Positions 8,648 through 23,700 of a stretch of 64,000 nt of DNA are shown here, piece after piece. Both the position numbers and the translations under genes were made by a program. Numbering within the stretch: position 1 is the stretch's first letter; each line of letters starts with the position of its first letter. The notes beneath the pieces were generated by a model. The model had not been told where the DNA came from. It saw only the letters and a program-made list of their open reading frames with translations, and made no database searches. The DNA comes from Ptychomitrium polyphyllum. Taxonomy: Eukaryota. The stretch covers positions 11,098,001 to 11,162,000 of the forward strand of contig OZ316775.1 in NCBI GenBank assembly GCA_973851085.1. Direction: 5' to 3'.

Positions 8648-11600
8648 ATGGTCACCACTTCTCCCGCAGCAGCGGCGTTGCCAGGTTTAGTCGTCTCCAT
8701 CAGATCGTCACAATGCGTGTACGATTCTAGCAGGCACGTTCGCCTTGTCCACAGGAGGAGGTTGAAGTCGTCGCGTGCATTTGTTGATGACAAGCGATGG
8801 CGAGATTGGCTTCAACAGAAAGATTCTTGGCTATCAGAGAAAAGTGGGAAGAAGCTCCCAGTGGTGATCATCGAGGGAGGTCGACGATGGCAGTATGTTT
8901 TCGATGGGGAGCGAATGCGAACTGTGGAGTTGGATGAGAAGGCTTTGCAGAACGAGGAGGGTCGAGATGAAGGCGTGAGTGGTCGCGTTTCTGAGAGCTT
9001 CATAAAGGTGAAGCAAACATTGCAGCGCATTTTCGTTCCCGATCAAGTTCGGCCTCATTACCTTGTGTATCTGAAATGGAAACTCGTTCACCGCTTTTTG
9101 AGCTCAATTCTACATTTTCAATGTACTCAGGTATTCCCTTGTTTCAATTTCTCTTCTGGACGAGCACGATCATTTTATCGATTTCGTTTATCGATCATTT
9201 AGGGTTTACGGTTGGGTTTTTTGAATACATGAGAGTGGTTATTCTTTAGAAGAAGATTACTGGCCGTATCTATTGATTCTTTTTCTGACGGCTGTGCTTT
9301 TATGTGAGCCCCAATCCTGAGTATATACATGAAGAATGCGGTCAGCTCTATCTCATTTTTTAATTTATGCTTTACAGGCTATGCTATGGGCCATTGGGGT
9401 AGGTGCAAAACGCAGGCTTCCAGCAGCTGCTGTTCTGAACTGGGTGATGAAAGATGGGCTGGGCCGGTTGGGAAAGCTTCTGTATACAGTATGCCTTGGC
9501 CGTACATTCGACTCCAACTTGAAGGTCAGGAACCTCCTACTACTGCTTACCTTTTAGCTTCCTTCATTAAATTAGCAACTACCATGAAGTCCTTTACCAT
9601 TGATGGTATGGTGGGTTCAATTGTGTTAAATGACCCGTGTAATCTCATTTTTTCGTTTCGAATGACGCTTTTGTTAAGCGGCTATGAGCCGCAAAGTTTT
9701 AGTATTGATTTTCGTCAAGGGAGCATGTCCTCAGGTCCTCTGTGATTGTTGCTAACTTGGGACTATTTTACGAGGGCAGTGACACTTAAATAGTTTAAAG
9801 AGGGACCCGGTTGATGTTTCTGGTGGTATTATTGCAGAAAGTGCGCTTTTCGACATCCGCGTTGTTCAGTTTGAGTGTGGGCTTGGAGATAATGACCCCT
9901 CTATTTCCTCGTTATTTTCTGCTCCTAGCAACTCTCGCCCATGTTGCGAAGTCAATTGCTTATGCTGCCTACCTCTCTACAAGTGTACGCATCACATACC
10001 TTCACTCTTCTATTCTTGACTTCTACCGTTGTGACGATGGTCAAGGAAGATTCACCTATTCAAAAAATTTCTATTCTGTTCCTCCACTTCTTGCTTATGA
10101 ACACAACAACAGCTTCAGACTCAGAGAGTGGTGGCTCTCTCGATGATGAAAGGTATCCAGGATAACGAGGTTTTTAAAATGTATTTTAGGACAGGTAGTG
10201 CTTTTCCTGAGAATTTGGGAACTTATCTTGACATCACACTCACGAACTCGTGTTCTGTAAATATTGCAGTATGTTCCATGATTCTCTTTAAATGATATTC
10301 TGCATCCACGTACGCTGTCTAGGTGTTATTTTGTCCTCTCTGCTCAACTTGCTAACATGGATTATTTGTTTTTTAGTCAGCTATACATCGGAGCTTCGCA
10401 TTGGGGGATAATTTGGCGGATATTTCTGCCAAGGGCCAGGTAGGCTCGTAGTTGAAGTTTTCTGCTCAAGCATCGATGAGTTCCTTGCTTATGGTCTCTT
10501 TTTGTAGTTTGGAGTGTATTTGCAGAATGAATCGTGAACGGAGTGTGCATAAGGAACAATGAATTGCTATGTTCTGCATATACTGTGCAAAGATGTCGAG
10601 GGTTTTAGAGCAACATCTTTGGCGTTTTTCGACAATGCAGGCACAAACAGTGGTTGCCGACAATTTTGGACTTGCTGTTGCAATCTGTCTTAGTCAGATT
10701 ACCCATCAGTATCCTACGATTGAGAGGATCTTTCCTTTTGTAACGTATCCTTTCTTGGCATTGGGAGAATTGTATGCAATCTATCAGCAACTTCAAGCTG
10801 TGCATCTACAAACTTTAAACAAGGTAACCTTGCCCGTGCTACAATCCTTCTCTTGGAGTAGCAAATTAATATTCAGATGTATTAAATAATCGCAGATATC
10901 AATCCTGTAGTTACGATGCTTTTGGATTGTTGGAGAGGTTTTCCATATATGCAACATGCGGTTACTTGGTTATTGTATGAATGTGGCCACTTGATGAAGT
11001 TAATAATTTAGGAAAACTTAGTTTCGTTATGCATATACAGGAGAGGTTGGAGATTGTTATCAATACCTGGATGAGAGACCGCAGGATACCAAGTTTTGAG
11101 GAGGTTAGCAAGGTTGAAAACGCCGCTCTTCTCAATTTCTTCAATGGTAAAATACCATCTTGATGTCCGTCAGATGATCTATTTGATTGAGATGGCATTT
11201 AGATGCACATGTCGTGCTGCAATGCGGAGAATTATTCAAATCACTGTTGGTTCACAAGGAAGGACTTTGCAAGATCGTCTCTGATTCCTAACTTAGGGAG
11301 CAATTTTCGGAGTTACTTGACTTGCAGTTTGGGTTTGCACGGAGCTTACAAATGGTAGTGGAGGTGGTGACAGGTTGTAAACAGCAATTACTGTTGCGGA
11401 TAGGTGCTGTTTCTTTGCGGTTTCGTCTTACACCGGAACGTCTCATGAACATCCTGGACTTACATGAAACCCAGCGATATGCTCTTTGTCTTGAACAACT
11501 TTCTCCTTCACCTTTCCGTGTTCATCCCAGCTTTTCGCAGGTAAGCAACTTTATTACTTAAGTAGGTCTATTAAGTGTACTATGAAATTGCCATCATAAA

Positions 11601-12434
11601 TTAAAGGATTGTCGTGCTGATATTCCCTAATTTGGGTGACAGCCAGGGCTGCTCCTGTGGCTACATGAGAAGGCAAGCACCGAAGATATCATCATGGGAG
11701 TTTTGCAGGTACACAAAACTTCTACTTAACATTAGGTAGCATATATCAAGGTGTGTTTTGTACTAGAAACGTCCGATGTTGATGCCTGTTAGCTTTGATT
11801 GTTAAGATGCAGCACAAACGATTATAGTTTGATGAGTCTGAGTCTCTGTTTACACCTTGTGTCAAACATATTGGATTACATGCGCATTAAGTCGTTGGTT
11901 TGTTTCCGCCTCTCAGGCATGTCATATAGGAGCTAAGATCACCTCGAAAGCGAGCTTGCAGCAATTTGGTAACAATATCTAGTCCCTTTTCTGAGTTTGA
12001 ACTGCACTGTTGTAATTAATGACTTAAAACGTAATATGGTAATTAAATAGAACCTCTGTCAAGCCTTTTGTCAAACCTTTCGAAGTGTTTAGGTTGGATG
12101 TGTACATAAAATATTCGCCTCGACAGCAATCAGTTTATTAACTATAAAACTAATCCTTATGTCTTCCTTTTCGGAGGAGTGTATTGCCACGATTCTACTT
12201 GGAAGTTGGGTGCCTGCAATTGTGGAGATCTTCTTAGACACTATCTTTGAATGCGCAGGCAAACAATATGAGAAAGGCGATGGTGGATGGCGGGGTCTTC
12301 TCCTTGAGAGCAGGCAGAAAGCAGAAGTGGATTTCAAAAACCTGCTGGATGCTATCAAGGATGAAGGTTGGCTCACAAAGGATATATTACTCGGCCCCAA
12401 AGAGAAGTGCAGTTTCAGCATCCTTAAACACTGA
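8648..12434 (+). CDS. ROOT UVB SENSITIVE (RUS, DUF647) family protein, about 10 exons, with a likely N-terminal transit peptide
   Basis: GT-AG exons such as 8648-9130, 9378-9524, 9838-~9983, 10377-10439, 10641-10823, 11041-11146, 11643-11708 and 12259-12434. They give AAVLNWVMKDGLGRLGKL...FDSNLKKVRFST and SAIHRSFALGDNLADISAKGQAQTVVAD...VHLQTLNKERLE, which are hallmark DUF647 motifs. Confidence 0.88.
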
Positions 12435-15400
12435 ACCTTTTGTAGAGCTTTTAGAAATCCTCATTTGAATTGCTTCTATTCAGGATACACCATTTTGTTC
12501 GAGAACCAATCATTATTCTATCAACTAACACTGAGAGATTGTATTATGTAAGTCGACATCAGCTCGGATTGACTACGAAATTTCACAATTTGAGTGAAGT
12601 CGTTGAATATAACATCCTCCCACCTCGGGCTACTATTGCCCTGTGAAGATTCAAGGCCAGCTCGTCGTGGATTTTGTCGGCTTTCACACAAGCGTCACGC
12701 AGCTTTTAAAAATTTAAAGAACTGGGGACGTGGCCCGAGGGGAATCTCTTGTTCATCAATATTTGTATTCAAAGTTCGAAATGCATCTGTATCTAAAGTA
12801 AGTGGCCAATCGGAACATCCGACCTACCTAGACAAGTGTTTTGTTCAATAACGAATCGCCACATTCAAGGATGTTTTAGTACTTCACAAGATGTGAATTC
12901 AGGGCCATACAAGCGTACTTATCCGACCATGTCTAAATTCACTTCCACTTTCAAGTCTTGGCTTGACCAGGCTGAATCTGAAATATGTTTTTGTTATGAA
13001 ACTGAATCTAAAGTTTGATGTATTGACGTATGTGGGGAGTCAAGATGCGTTCTAGTTCTTGATTGTCTTTAGTTTTTTTGTTTTTCTGGTTCTGTCACTA
13101 CATGAGATGACTGGAATATCGCAACTTTTGCAGTACGCGTAGCAACGTAGCAACTTCTATGTCCCTGCTTCTGTATCATTCATGTGTCACTACAGTAAGT
13201 GCTGAACTTTTCCCTATCAACCGTTGTTTCCAGGAAGCTGATGCTTTGTGGGCCTAGGTCACTGCATTGGTGTCACTGCCACTATGATACACCAAGCGTG
13301 AATTATGACGTTGATGGTACATTCTTCTCGGACGATCCATCCGTTAAAAACCGGACCAACCTCCAAGTGGAACCGGATTGTACGGGTACTGGAACTGCTC
13401 TATACGAAAGAAACTACATTCAAACAGCCCACCATCGTTGTGAACTTTGCACGAAACTAGCAAGTTCAGTTCCAGTATAGTAGTTTCATCTTATCATTCT
13501 TATTGCTTTTCCCTTTACTAATGCAGAAGTCAAGTTGTATTCTACTGCAATCATGTCAGTTGATTCAGTTCCGCTTTGTCCCTTCACCCACACTTACTAC
13601 AAAAGCTGCTAAATTTCGTTACCTTCGGTTTCTGCACTGCAGAGACTTATTAGATCAGATTTTGTGGTGCACTTGCAGTGAAACTGGATGCTACACTATG
13701 TGTTAAAACAGGACACGTGACACCAGTAAACTACAGCATTGTTCAAGAGCCACAGACTTCTCATGAGCAGTTGTCATAGAGCCTTTTTGGAATTTCGAAT
13801 GAAATCCGAACAGGGACGGGCTTGTGGCCAGAGCGTGGCTTCTAAATCGTAGGAATTAAACGCGTCAGTATTCCAAAAGTCATTCCTCGTTGCCCAAAAT
13901 AAATTATCTTCGGTGCACCGTCATCCATCCTTTCCAACATTTCGTTAACCTTGGTAAAACCATTTCTGAAATGGTCGCTCCCTTGAGGACCGAAAGCAGT
14001 ATCCCTATCTCAGATGCTGGCATCCATTCCTGATGCTCCCGTGAATCTCCCAGTGGCACTGCAGTCACCAGAGCCCTACCCCTCTTCAAGGCAGAACATG
14101 GCCAGGATCTTCGCAACTGGAGAACCCCTTCTCAAGCAGCTTTTGGAAGCAGCCAGGATTGCGCTTCTACATCCACTGTTCTCTGAAGTAGCAAGTACTT
14201 TCTTATGTTCCCATCGAAATCCTTCTGCAAATGCTTTTCAAGTGCTTTTCTGAGCGTTGGGTTGCTCCTGGAGCGACGCGGAGGGGAAGGAGAGAGTTTT
14301 GGGGTGTCGAAGTGAAGAAAGCCTGGCAAATGACTGTTTCAATGTTGTGACATTTTTGTGTGGGACACGTCAAGGACGGTCAGGCAGGTGAGACTCTCCG
14401 GTCGGCTTTGTGCAGGCTTGCATAGCGCGGAGATGCATCAGTGGTCATTCTTGGACTAGAAGACTTGGGCTGAAAATAAGTTTAGGTTTCTCGGGTTGTT
14501 GGGTTACCATGGCGGCCGCTCTCTTGGTAATTGTGAGCTTTTCTCATCAAGTGCTGTTTCCAGCTGGTGTTGCGTTTGTATCTGGGGCTAAGAACCTTGT
14601 TGTGAAGACTTAGCTGTAGGTTGGTTGAGAACGGGGGTCATCTAGTTACATCTCGTTGTTGGAGCTTAGGTTGTAGTGGAGGTGAGGAGCTGAGGGAAAT
14701 GGTGTTTGAAGATCGTATCTTCGGACGCTGTTCTTGCAAGACTTTCTGGTTCCGGGAGGATTCGTCCTCCCTAGTCCTTTTGCTATAAGCTCTTGATATG
14801 AGTGTTTCCTGCAACTTTCTCTGTACGTGTAGATGTCGTTTTGGGACAAGCTGCTGCTCCGTAAAAGGTGTAGCTGCTGACTGTCTGTTTCAAAGACCTA
14901 GTAACTTCTGTTTTCTTGTGTGGGTTTGAGGAGATTTCTCTGGCTTCGCTTGTGTTGGGTTAGGAGGGGAATATTTTAGTATTTCCGAACTTTGGTTCTT
15001 TTCACAATTGGCTTCGTTGACAAGATTTCTTCTAGTTCAGCTTCATGCAGGAGCATGTTTGAGCTTCGCAGACTTACTTGCTCACTGATTCCTAGTGTAG
15101 TTAAGATAGCAGACAGTATCCTGGAGTGTGGGATCTTTAATGTCCAATGATGTGAAGTTGCAACAGTCACGTGAACAGTACTTTACTCGTATAATGCCTG
15201 ACTTCATCGAGGTCTAATCTGGCCGTATAGGCTACTGGTGTATGATTTCCAAAGTAGCTTCGAATTACCTCTTTGTGACTTGCTTGTCTTATCTTGACTG
15301 CTCACATATAACCGATATACTAGTTTATGGTTTTATTATGAGGAGCATGGAGTAAAGTTTGTCAAGGTCCGAAGGAATGAATTCGAGCTGGTAGGTGCTA

Positions 15401-15961
15401 TGTGATGGGTACACTTTTTCTTGTGAGAAAAAACATGTGACATTGCAAACAGTTTAATTTAACAGCAATAAGTAGGTTCTAATGTTTATTATCATTTCAT
15501 ACGTCTAAATTTACTTGTTGCAAGTACCTTCTCCAACTTCTGATTTTTCGCGTTTCGTTGTTCTATCTTGCAGGAGCGGTTGTAATCTGTATCCCGTTTT
15601 GGGCTGCACTATGTCATCGATCAAGTACGTATGTTGAAGTGGTGATCCTCAATCAATGTTCGTAAAAGGGCGTATATGTCCTTTATCTGTTCAGAGGCAC
15701 ATGGGGGAGTTCAGGTATAGGTCAGATTCAGTTGGGTGATGTACACATTTATGGACCTTTTGAGGATACACGATTTCAGTTAATCATTGCTTCTTAGATG
15801 GAACCCGGTCTTTGAAGCGGATTCTTGAAGGGATTTTGGAGCGTTGCAATTAGTTTAGTGGTCTTACTGGAGCACCTCAAAGAATATCATGTCTATGGAG
15901 GGATATAGTCTGATTCAATCTTGTTATTACAGATTAATTGGCGGTTATTAGCGTCCATACA

Positions 15962-18464
15962 ATGCAGGGTACCAACCATCAGCCGCCTTCTAGTGCAGCC
16001 AATGATTCTCTGTCAACTTTAGCTTTTCTTGGTCAGCAGCTGAGACAATTTTCGAATTCCATGCCACAGCAACGCCATCAAAACCAGCCCTTGCAATCTT
16101 CCTCGCTTGGGTTCTCCCTGAGTGTTAACGGACAGGTTAGTAGAATCGATTAATCTTCTACCTCTAAACCTCTCCGTTTTATTGATGCCAGCTATGACTT
16201 GTACACCTATATTTTGGTTTCGAACTCCTCAAAAAGACATATATCTGTACTCTTGGCAGGCAAACATGTAGGTGTATACATCTTCATTTTTAATTTTTAA
16301 CTATATAACTATTGAATATGATGGAATGTATTCTATATATATATATGTATACCCATTTAAACGAGTCAAATTTATATAATATCTTCAATAATTATTTGGA
16401 TGCATACTAAAGAATTTTATTTGGACTTTGACATCTTAATTTCAAGTATGTACAACTTTTAATGTTATTCCTAAATTATATATATATGTATGTACAACAT
16501 ATGCATTCATAATTTTTGAATCACATTGATATCATTGATACTAAATACTCCAAAACATTATATAAGCATACACAATCGAAATTTTTTTGCCACGAATCAT
16601 TTTATAAAACTTGTTTATTAAGCAATTTTTCTCCTAAGCTACAAGATATAATCTTAGATATACATCCATTCTTAACATGCATTTGAAAATGAAAATTTGA
16701 TTGAGATTGTTCACGCCCAGGTTTAACGTTTCTATCGTACATACATAATCGTATCGCATGCATGCATGCATCTGTCATCATTGCATACTTTGCTACAGTT
16801 GTTAACATACCTGGACGTTATAGGAGCAAGGCCACGATCATCAAAATCACCAACAATCAATGCTTCTAGGTGGCAGCGGCGGTGGAGGTCAGGCAAATGG
16901 CGGGAATCGATGTGGTGAAAGAATGGGAGGGATGTTTCAGCACCTGCATCAGCAAGTAAATATGAACTCAAACCTCGATCAGCAGCAGTTTGGTAATCAG
17001 ATGGTGAATTCCAACTTTTCTGCGAATATCTCAAGCCAGTCAATGGTGGAGCAGAATGTCCAAGGCATCATGGAGCATCTCTCCATGCTCCAGGAGCGAA
17101 TCCAGCAGCTTCAAGCACTGGTTCCCCTCATCGCCCAGACTGCGCACTGCCAGACTGACAGCAATGTCGTAGCCCAACAGCAGGCAGCAAGCGCAGCTGT
17201 GGTGAGCATCATCTCTCAGCTCGCAATGGCCGCTATCGGCCTCCTTCCACAGCCGTTTGGAAATCCAGTAGGTCAAGTGAACCAATCTACGGAGCTCCCT
17301 CTCAGCCAGCTCCTGCAAGCTGCTGTTAACCCTGCAGCTAATTTTTTCCAAAGTACCTTGGGAAGTGATTTGAGAGCACCTCAACGAGGCACGTCTATCA
17401 ACAATTTATTGAACAACAATGTTTTTGGTACCTCAGCAGAAACTGCTGCAGTTCCAGGAGTTAATGCAGGTGTCAATGGTATTCGTTCATTCGCTAACGG
17501 AGGAGGAAATCATGCGTTCCCTGGCCTGAACAATGAACCAGACCTCTCAGGTCAGCACCTGACTGGGCAACAGCCTGGGGGTAGCAACAATAGCCCAGCG
17601 ATGTCGCTTCACAATCAGATGACCAACTCTGGCGCCGGGAAAGACTTTGGGAGTGGTAGAGGAAGTGGCGGCAAGACTCGTGGAGGTGCAGTCAGCCCTT
17701 CTAACATTATAAGTAGCCCTCTTGCACCAGGAACAAGTGCCAATAATTTTATCTCTGAGTTGGGTGGGATCAACACCGGTATGGATGATCTCGACAACGA
17801 TTCTCGTGTTGAGGACGAGGATAGCGATGGGGAAAATCTTCCTCCCGGTTCATTTGATCTCGTGGAGCTGGACGCTACCGAGATTTTAGCCGAGCACACT
17901 CACTTCTGTGAGATTTGTGGGAAGGGATTTAAGCGAGATGCGAACCTGAGGATGCACATGCGCGGTCATGGGGATGAATATAAGACTCCTGCCGCTCTTG
18001 CACGTCCTGACCGTGGTACCCAAGACACGACTGTGACTCGCTCACGGCGATTCTCCTGTCCTTACATGGGGTGCAAGCGTAACAAGAAGCACCGCAAGTT
18101 CCAGCCTTTGAAAACAATGCTGTGTGTGAAGAACCACTACCGCCGCAGCCACTGCCCGAAAGTTCTTACTTGCCAAAAATGCATGGTGAAGAAGTTTTCA
18201 GTTGTGGCTGACTTGAAGACTCATGAGAAGCACTGTGGTCGTGATAAGTGGTTGTGCTCTTGTGGCACTACTTTCTCCCGGAAGGATAAACTGTTTGGCC
18301 ATATTGGATTGTTCCAGGGTCACACGCCTGCAATGCCGATGCATGAGCTGGAAGGTGGAAGTGGAAGCGGGAATGGGAATGCACCCGTTCAGGAGCATCA
18401 GGAGTCGCCCACTGAAGGATCCTTTGGCTCAGAAACCAAGTCTGCAATGAGGTTCTGGGACTAA
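15962..18464 (+). CDS. STOP1: STOP1-like C2H2 zinc-finger transcription factor (exons 15962-16135 and 16824-18464)
   Basis: [36 protein letters not shown]...[35 protein letters not shown]...[38 protein letters not shown] is the STOP1-family four-finger signature. A phase-0 intron (CAG|GTTAGT...TATAG|GAG) joins exon 1 in frame. Confidence 0.9.
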
Positions 18465-20751
18465 CAACTTCAGATGTTCTTTTACTATTTCAACAATTAA
18501 TATCGACTAAAATTGGGTTTTCAAGCAGGCACAAAGCTGTGGTCCCGGGTTAGTTGCAGCCGAAGGTCGATGTGTACAGACAATTTTCATAATGAATATC
18601 GTTTGAGCTTATGGAGGAAGAACTATTACTTTCACTAAGAAACCACGAGAGCTATACTCTTGGTGCAAAGTATTATGTTTATAGAACTCCATAGGCCTTA
18701 TTTCTTGAGCCGCACTAGTAGAGATTATTTGCTCCTCACATTTTGTCGACCGGTTCCTACTGATCTTACGCTTCATCACATTGGTGGTATTAGGGAGGAC
18801 GTCCTCAGGACTTCAGGCCCAAGTAACATGTAGCAGCGGAAGACCCTGAATTGGTGGTTTTGTAAAACACCTACAATGATGAAATCAAGGCCTACTACTA
18901 GGCCTGTCTTCAAGCTGCGGGACGCTAGTTTCATGATTAGTTGCCAGTGTTCGCCATTTCGATGTAAGCCAGCGCTCGAAGTAGAAGGTAGCTCCATTTT
19001 ATCAGCTCATGTAAGTCATGACTGTTTGCTGCTATCGAGCCCGTCTTGTGAGCTGCAGATTTTAGTGACAAGTTGTCGAAGAAAGCATTTTACTGTGATC
19101 TCAAGGGAGAGGGAGAGGGTTTATTAGTCGTAGCATTCTAGTAGTAGCGATTTGTGTTTTAAATAGGTTCACGTGCTGCTGACGCTGTCATAGTTTTTAG
19201 AGCCATGGCCGCAATGACGAGGTAGGGTTTGACGAAATACGACTCAGCTCTTGGACCTGTTTTGTGGACCTTGTTTATTTTACTTTATGCCTTTTGTTCT
19301 AACGCTCCTGGATTGAATTATCATCTTCGGAGAGCATTTGCGTGAATTGGTATCAAATAAAGCTACACCTCGTGGCTTAATCAACAAATACTTAGCTCTG
19401 TTGTTTTGTACATCCATTGCAGTGCATCTCCTATAAATATGGAAAGTGACCATAATTTTCGAGTAAAGATTACCACGTTGTCGATGATCTGCAGGATAAC
19501 TCATTGGTCAAGATGGGATTTATGTTTATTCACTTGCTCACACAATTCCATCGACTGTAAATTGCCTGTGTAGTATTTTACCTGATCTCATATACCAAAC
19601 GAATCAGGCTTCATCTCCCGCGTTTACAAGCCAAGCCAAGCGATCAAGGGCAGCCTTCCAGTGATTTCAATTAGCTCAAATCTTAAACCCGTCCACTGCA
19701 AGAGCCAGAACTCACACGATCAGAGTCTGCAATGTGTGTCCTCACTCAGAGCTCAAACTGATCAATAACTTCAAAGCTGGAGACTACTTGTGATACCGCA
19801 GTAGCCTTCACGGATTGCCTCTCAATACATGTACATGAACCAAATCAGTGAACAACGAGTATGCTGAAATTACGCTATGAAGAAACATTAGGATTGCTAG
19901 TTCAAACCAAAGATGGCGGCAGAGCGTTTCAGTAGCCTCGATGTTAGCTATCACAACACTGTCACTGATGCAACGAATGGCACCACGCTGAGAATTCATT
20001 GTAGCAACAGCGGGACCACCGCCAGCATCTCGCGTCTGTGGGCGCGTGTGCACTCGCGGGCTATCCTCCCCCACGTCGTGGAGGAAGCTCATTGCGACGT
20101 TGCCACAACGCCTCCCAACAAGCAGCTCAGAAGATGGAAACGAACTCCACCTCATCATGCTGACGAACACTTCTAATCCCATGTCCGGTCCCTCGGAAGC
20201 ATTTTGCCAATCTCTGCCGTTTGTTTGTATCAGCCGGTAGGCACAATGCTCTGGATTTCTCTCGATTCTCTGATGTCGTGTCGGACAGAGAAGGCTCATG
20301 AAGCCAAGCCCAGCTGCGGGATTGTCTCGTAATCTCGATTTGGCAAATAAGAAACTAGTTTTTTATAATTTTGAGCCTTGTCGATCGTGAGTGGCACCTT
20401 CGAACTTGAGAACCTGTTTCTGCAACTCGACCTTGGAGTAGAAGAGTACGTTAGTACAAGACCTCGAGAGGGCGGAGTGTGGTTGAACCAGACGGCAGTC
20501 ACTCATCTTGCGTCGATTCCTTTGACGACGTTCAGTAGACTGCCTATTTGGTTGCGTGGTGAGCCGGTTGGTTGGTTAGAAACGTTTGCAGGAGTTTTGT
20601 GTTCGATCACAAGGTCCCCACAAGGTTGGCGCTGCCGTGCTGTGGTAGATTGTTTGGTGAAGGATATTCGGGTGTTGTTGAAAGATTGAGTGTTGAGAAG
20701 GTGAGGGCGAGGTGGAGCATTGGGTGGATTGCGGAAGCTTGCTGTGCGATC

Positions 20752-23700
20752 ATGGGCGCAGTGGGCGAAGAGAAAGGACCGCCCGTCATGGCGAACGGGA
20801 CTCCTCCTGCAAATGGATTGCGGAATTCATTAGCGCGCACGAAGAGCGAGGTCATGGCGAGCGAGATTCTGAGCGATGTGGATCCGTGGACGGCGTGGAT
20901 GTATAAACCCCAGACCGCGGTTGTCACTCTCGCCGGAGTGGTCCTTCTTGTGTGCGTCTCTTGTCCCATCGCTTTGAGTCTTTCCATATATGTGTTGTTC
21001 TGTGACCATGGCGCTTTCATGTGATTAGCTGTGAAGCCTTTCTTTTGATGGTCAACTGGGAACTCGACTGCTTGCTCTATTCGCTTCACAGAGATTTCCA
21101 ACGTCAAGATTAGGTCGTCGACCAATTTTGGAATATTTATCGTTCTCATCTTTCTGAAAAATATTGGCATTCGTTGTGCAGGTGGGCGAGCGGTGCTTTG
21201 CGAGCAGAGGATCAGTTTGACCGCGTTGCGAATACGAAACGGTGAGATGATGGGTACGAGATGAATTGTTTGATCTGTGATTAAGGTGCGTTAGCTTTGG
21301 GGTTCTAGTTTTGATGCAGTAAGTTTCTTCACGTTTGTGAACCTCATTTCGTCATTTGAGCTTACGCTTACAATTGGCGACCAGTAAGGCATCAGGAAGT
21401 GCAGCCTTTCTTATTCTCATGATTAGGGTAGACCTCACGTGCTCTAAATTTTGTGCAGAGGTGTGTGGGCGACGATTGCAGTTTTTCTCGGTTATTGTTT
21501 ACTTCAAGCGCCCCCAACGTAAGTAGGCCGTTGCCAGCTTATGGGACATTATTCTTGCTTGTAATGGTAGTCTCTACTGTAGCTTTATCCGTCAATATGA
21601 TGAACCTATGTGGGAGAAATTTGTATCAGTACTTTCAGAACCGTTGTGCAGCTTGTGTGGGAAGTTTCCTTAGGCGTGACAGTTCTTAATTTTACCGAGG
21701 TGCGCCTGGTACGCAGGATTTTGGTGCGACCTCATCCAGTATTTTGGCGCTTCATTCACGGGATAGCAGTCATTTATCTTGTCTTCCTTACGTTTATCTT
21801 GTTTCAGGTGCGTTGTAAACTCTTCTGCCAGGTTTGTTTCTTTACTGCAGTCAATCTCTAGGGCTCTGATTCTCCTTTCACGTAAATGACTGCGCTTTGT
21901 TTTCTCGCTTATGACTCATTTCTAGTAAAAAAGTAGTAGATTGTCTGATCATTTTCTCTGGCAATGATACAACTTAGTTTTATTTCAAGAGATTGTTTGA
22001 ACTGATTCAATTTCTTGTCTTTCACAGAACCGTGATGATGCACGGCAACTATTAAAGCATTTGCACCCGGATCTCGGAGTTCGTAAGTAACAATACTCTT
22101 ACCTGTGTCATAAATCTTACTAAGTCACGGAACTTAATGAATCTATCAGAGTCCACTTGACATGCTCTTTAGGCTTTCTTACGGAAGTTCCATCCTCAAA
22201 CTGGGCTTAGTCATTATGTTTCCTATCATGGCCGACTTTTTAAATATGTAGACTGAGTTTGTGAGCTCTCCGTGTAAGAAAAACAGCTTTAGTAAGTTCT
22301 AGGCTTCCATTGATACGAAGTCTGTTTTGTGTCTGCAAGAATCTGTCGACTTTATTTGCAGAATTAGATGAATTGCTCATTGTTAATTTTGAATTGATAT
22401 ATGCCACAACCCTTGAGAAACATGCTCACAATATAGCATTTTATCTGGATATTCATTGTAGTTTTTCTTTTATGCAGCATTGAAAGAGAGGCCATACGCA
22501 GAAGACTGCAGAATCTACACGCCAGAAAAGCCGAACAAGTTTTCTAACGTCTATGTCGGTATTCAGCTTGATTTGTGTAACTTTTATCCTGTTCTATGCT
22601 TCAATATTATATTTATTTGAATATCCCTTTTGTTTTATGCACTGAATATGTTTCTGTATTGAAATACTAAAAATTACTCACACTCATGCTCTATGTTCTT
22701 GCTTAAATCGTATTGTTCCGTCAATCCGGTGTCTAATAAAATCATTGATTTATGAGTTCTCTGTTGCAGGATGCCGTACTTGATGAGTACGCATTAGCTC
22801 ACACCATCGGATGGTGGGGTAAGGCTATCATGATCCGGAATGAACCGTTTTTGTGGTGCCTCTCCATTGTTTTCGAATTTGCAGAGGTGAGCATTTTTTA
22901 GGATATTTAAGATACTTGGATTTTATTTTTGGATATGTACAGTACGTATTTACTAGTACTTATGCTTGTCCCATTAATGTTTTACGAACTAAATCGTTAC
23001 CGATGGACTACAGCTGGTAAACTTTACAACAGTTACTAACAGTTGGAAGTCGATTGAACAATGGGACATATTGCACGGCTACAACAGCAGTTTCTTACGT
23101 TCTGCATTGGGTGTATGCAGAGAAGTCTCATTCATATGCTCGCAAACTTCAAAGAGTGTTGGTGGGACAGCTTTGTTCTGGATGTGTTGATTTGCAATTG
23201 GTTTGGTGAGTTAAAAGTTCTGCCTCATGATTGTAGTATACTGTAGCTTAGACGTGCTATCGCACAATACTGAACTTACGTTATTGCTCTTTAATGCCGA
23301 CATAATGATCTGATCAATATATTATGCTTCAATTCTCAAAGCCTTTGATGGACTATGCTTTTCTTTGAAGTTATGTGGGTATTTACATCTCCGTAACACT
23401 TTCTGCTAATCGCTGCCTTCCTTACGCAATTTTAAGAATATTTAAACGTAGATATAGAAAAGGATCGCAAAGTGTGAGAAAAAGGACTTAGAGATAGTCT
23501 TTTCCTGCTCAGGGATTTGGGCAGGCATGAAGACTGTGAAATATTTTGATGGGAAGACGTACAATTGGGTTGGGTTGAGTCAGCAGAAGTCACTTTATGA
23601 TAAGGTATGCAGTCCTTGTCACTCCCCTTTTTTCCACCTCACGCTCCATCTCAATTGCATGCCAACCCATATGTTTCTAATATAGTGTGGTCTCTTCTTG

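Noticed and set aside
19808..20299. 163-aa minus-strand ORF
   Set aside because: No recognisable domain or splice structure; it lies in the PSS upstream region.
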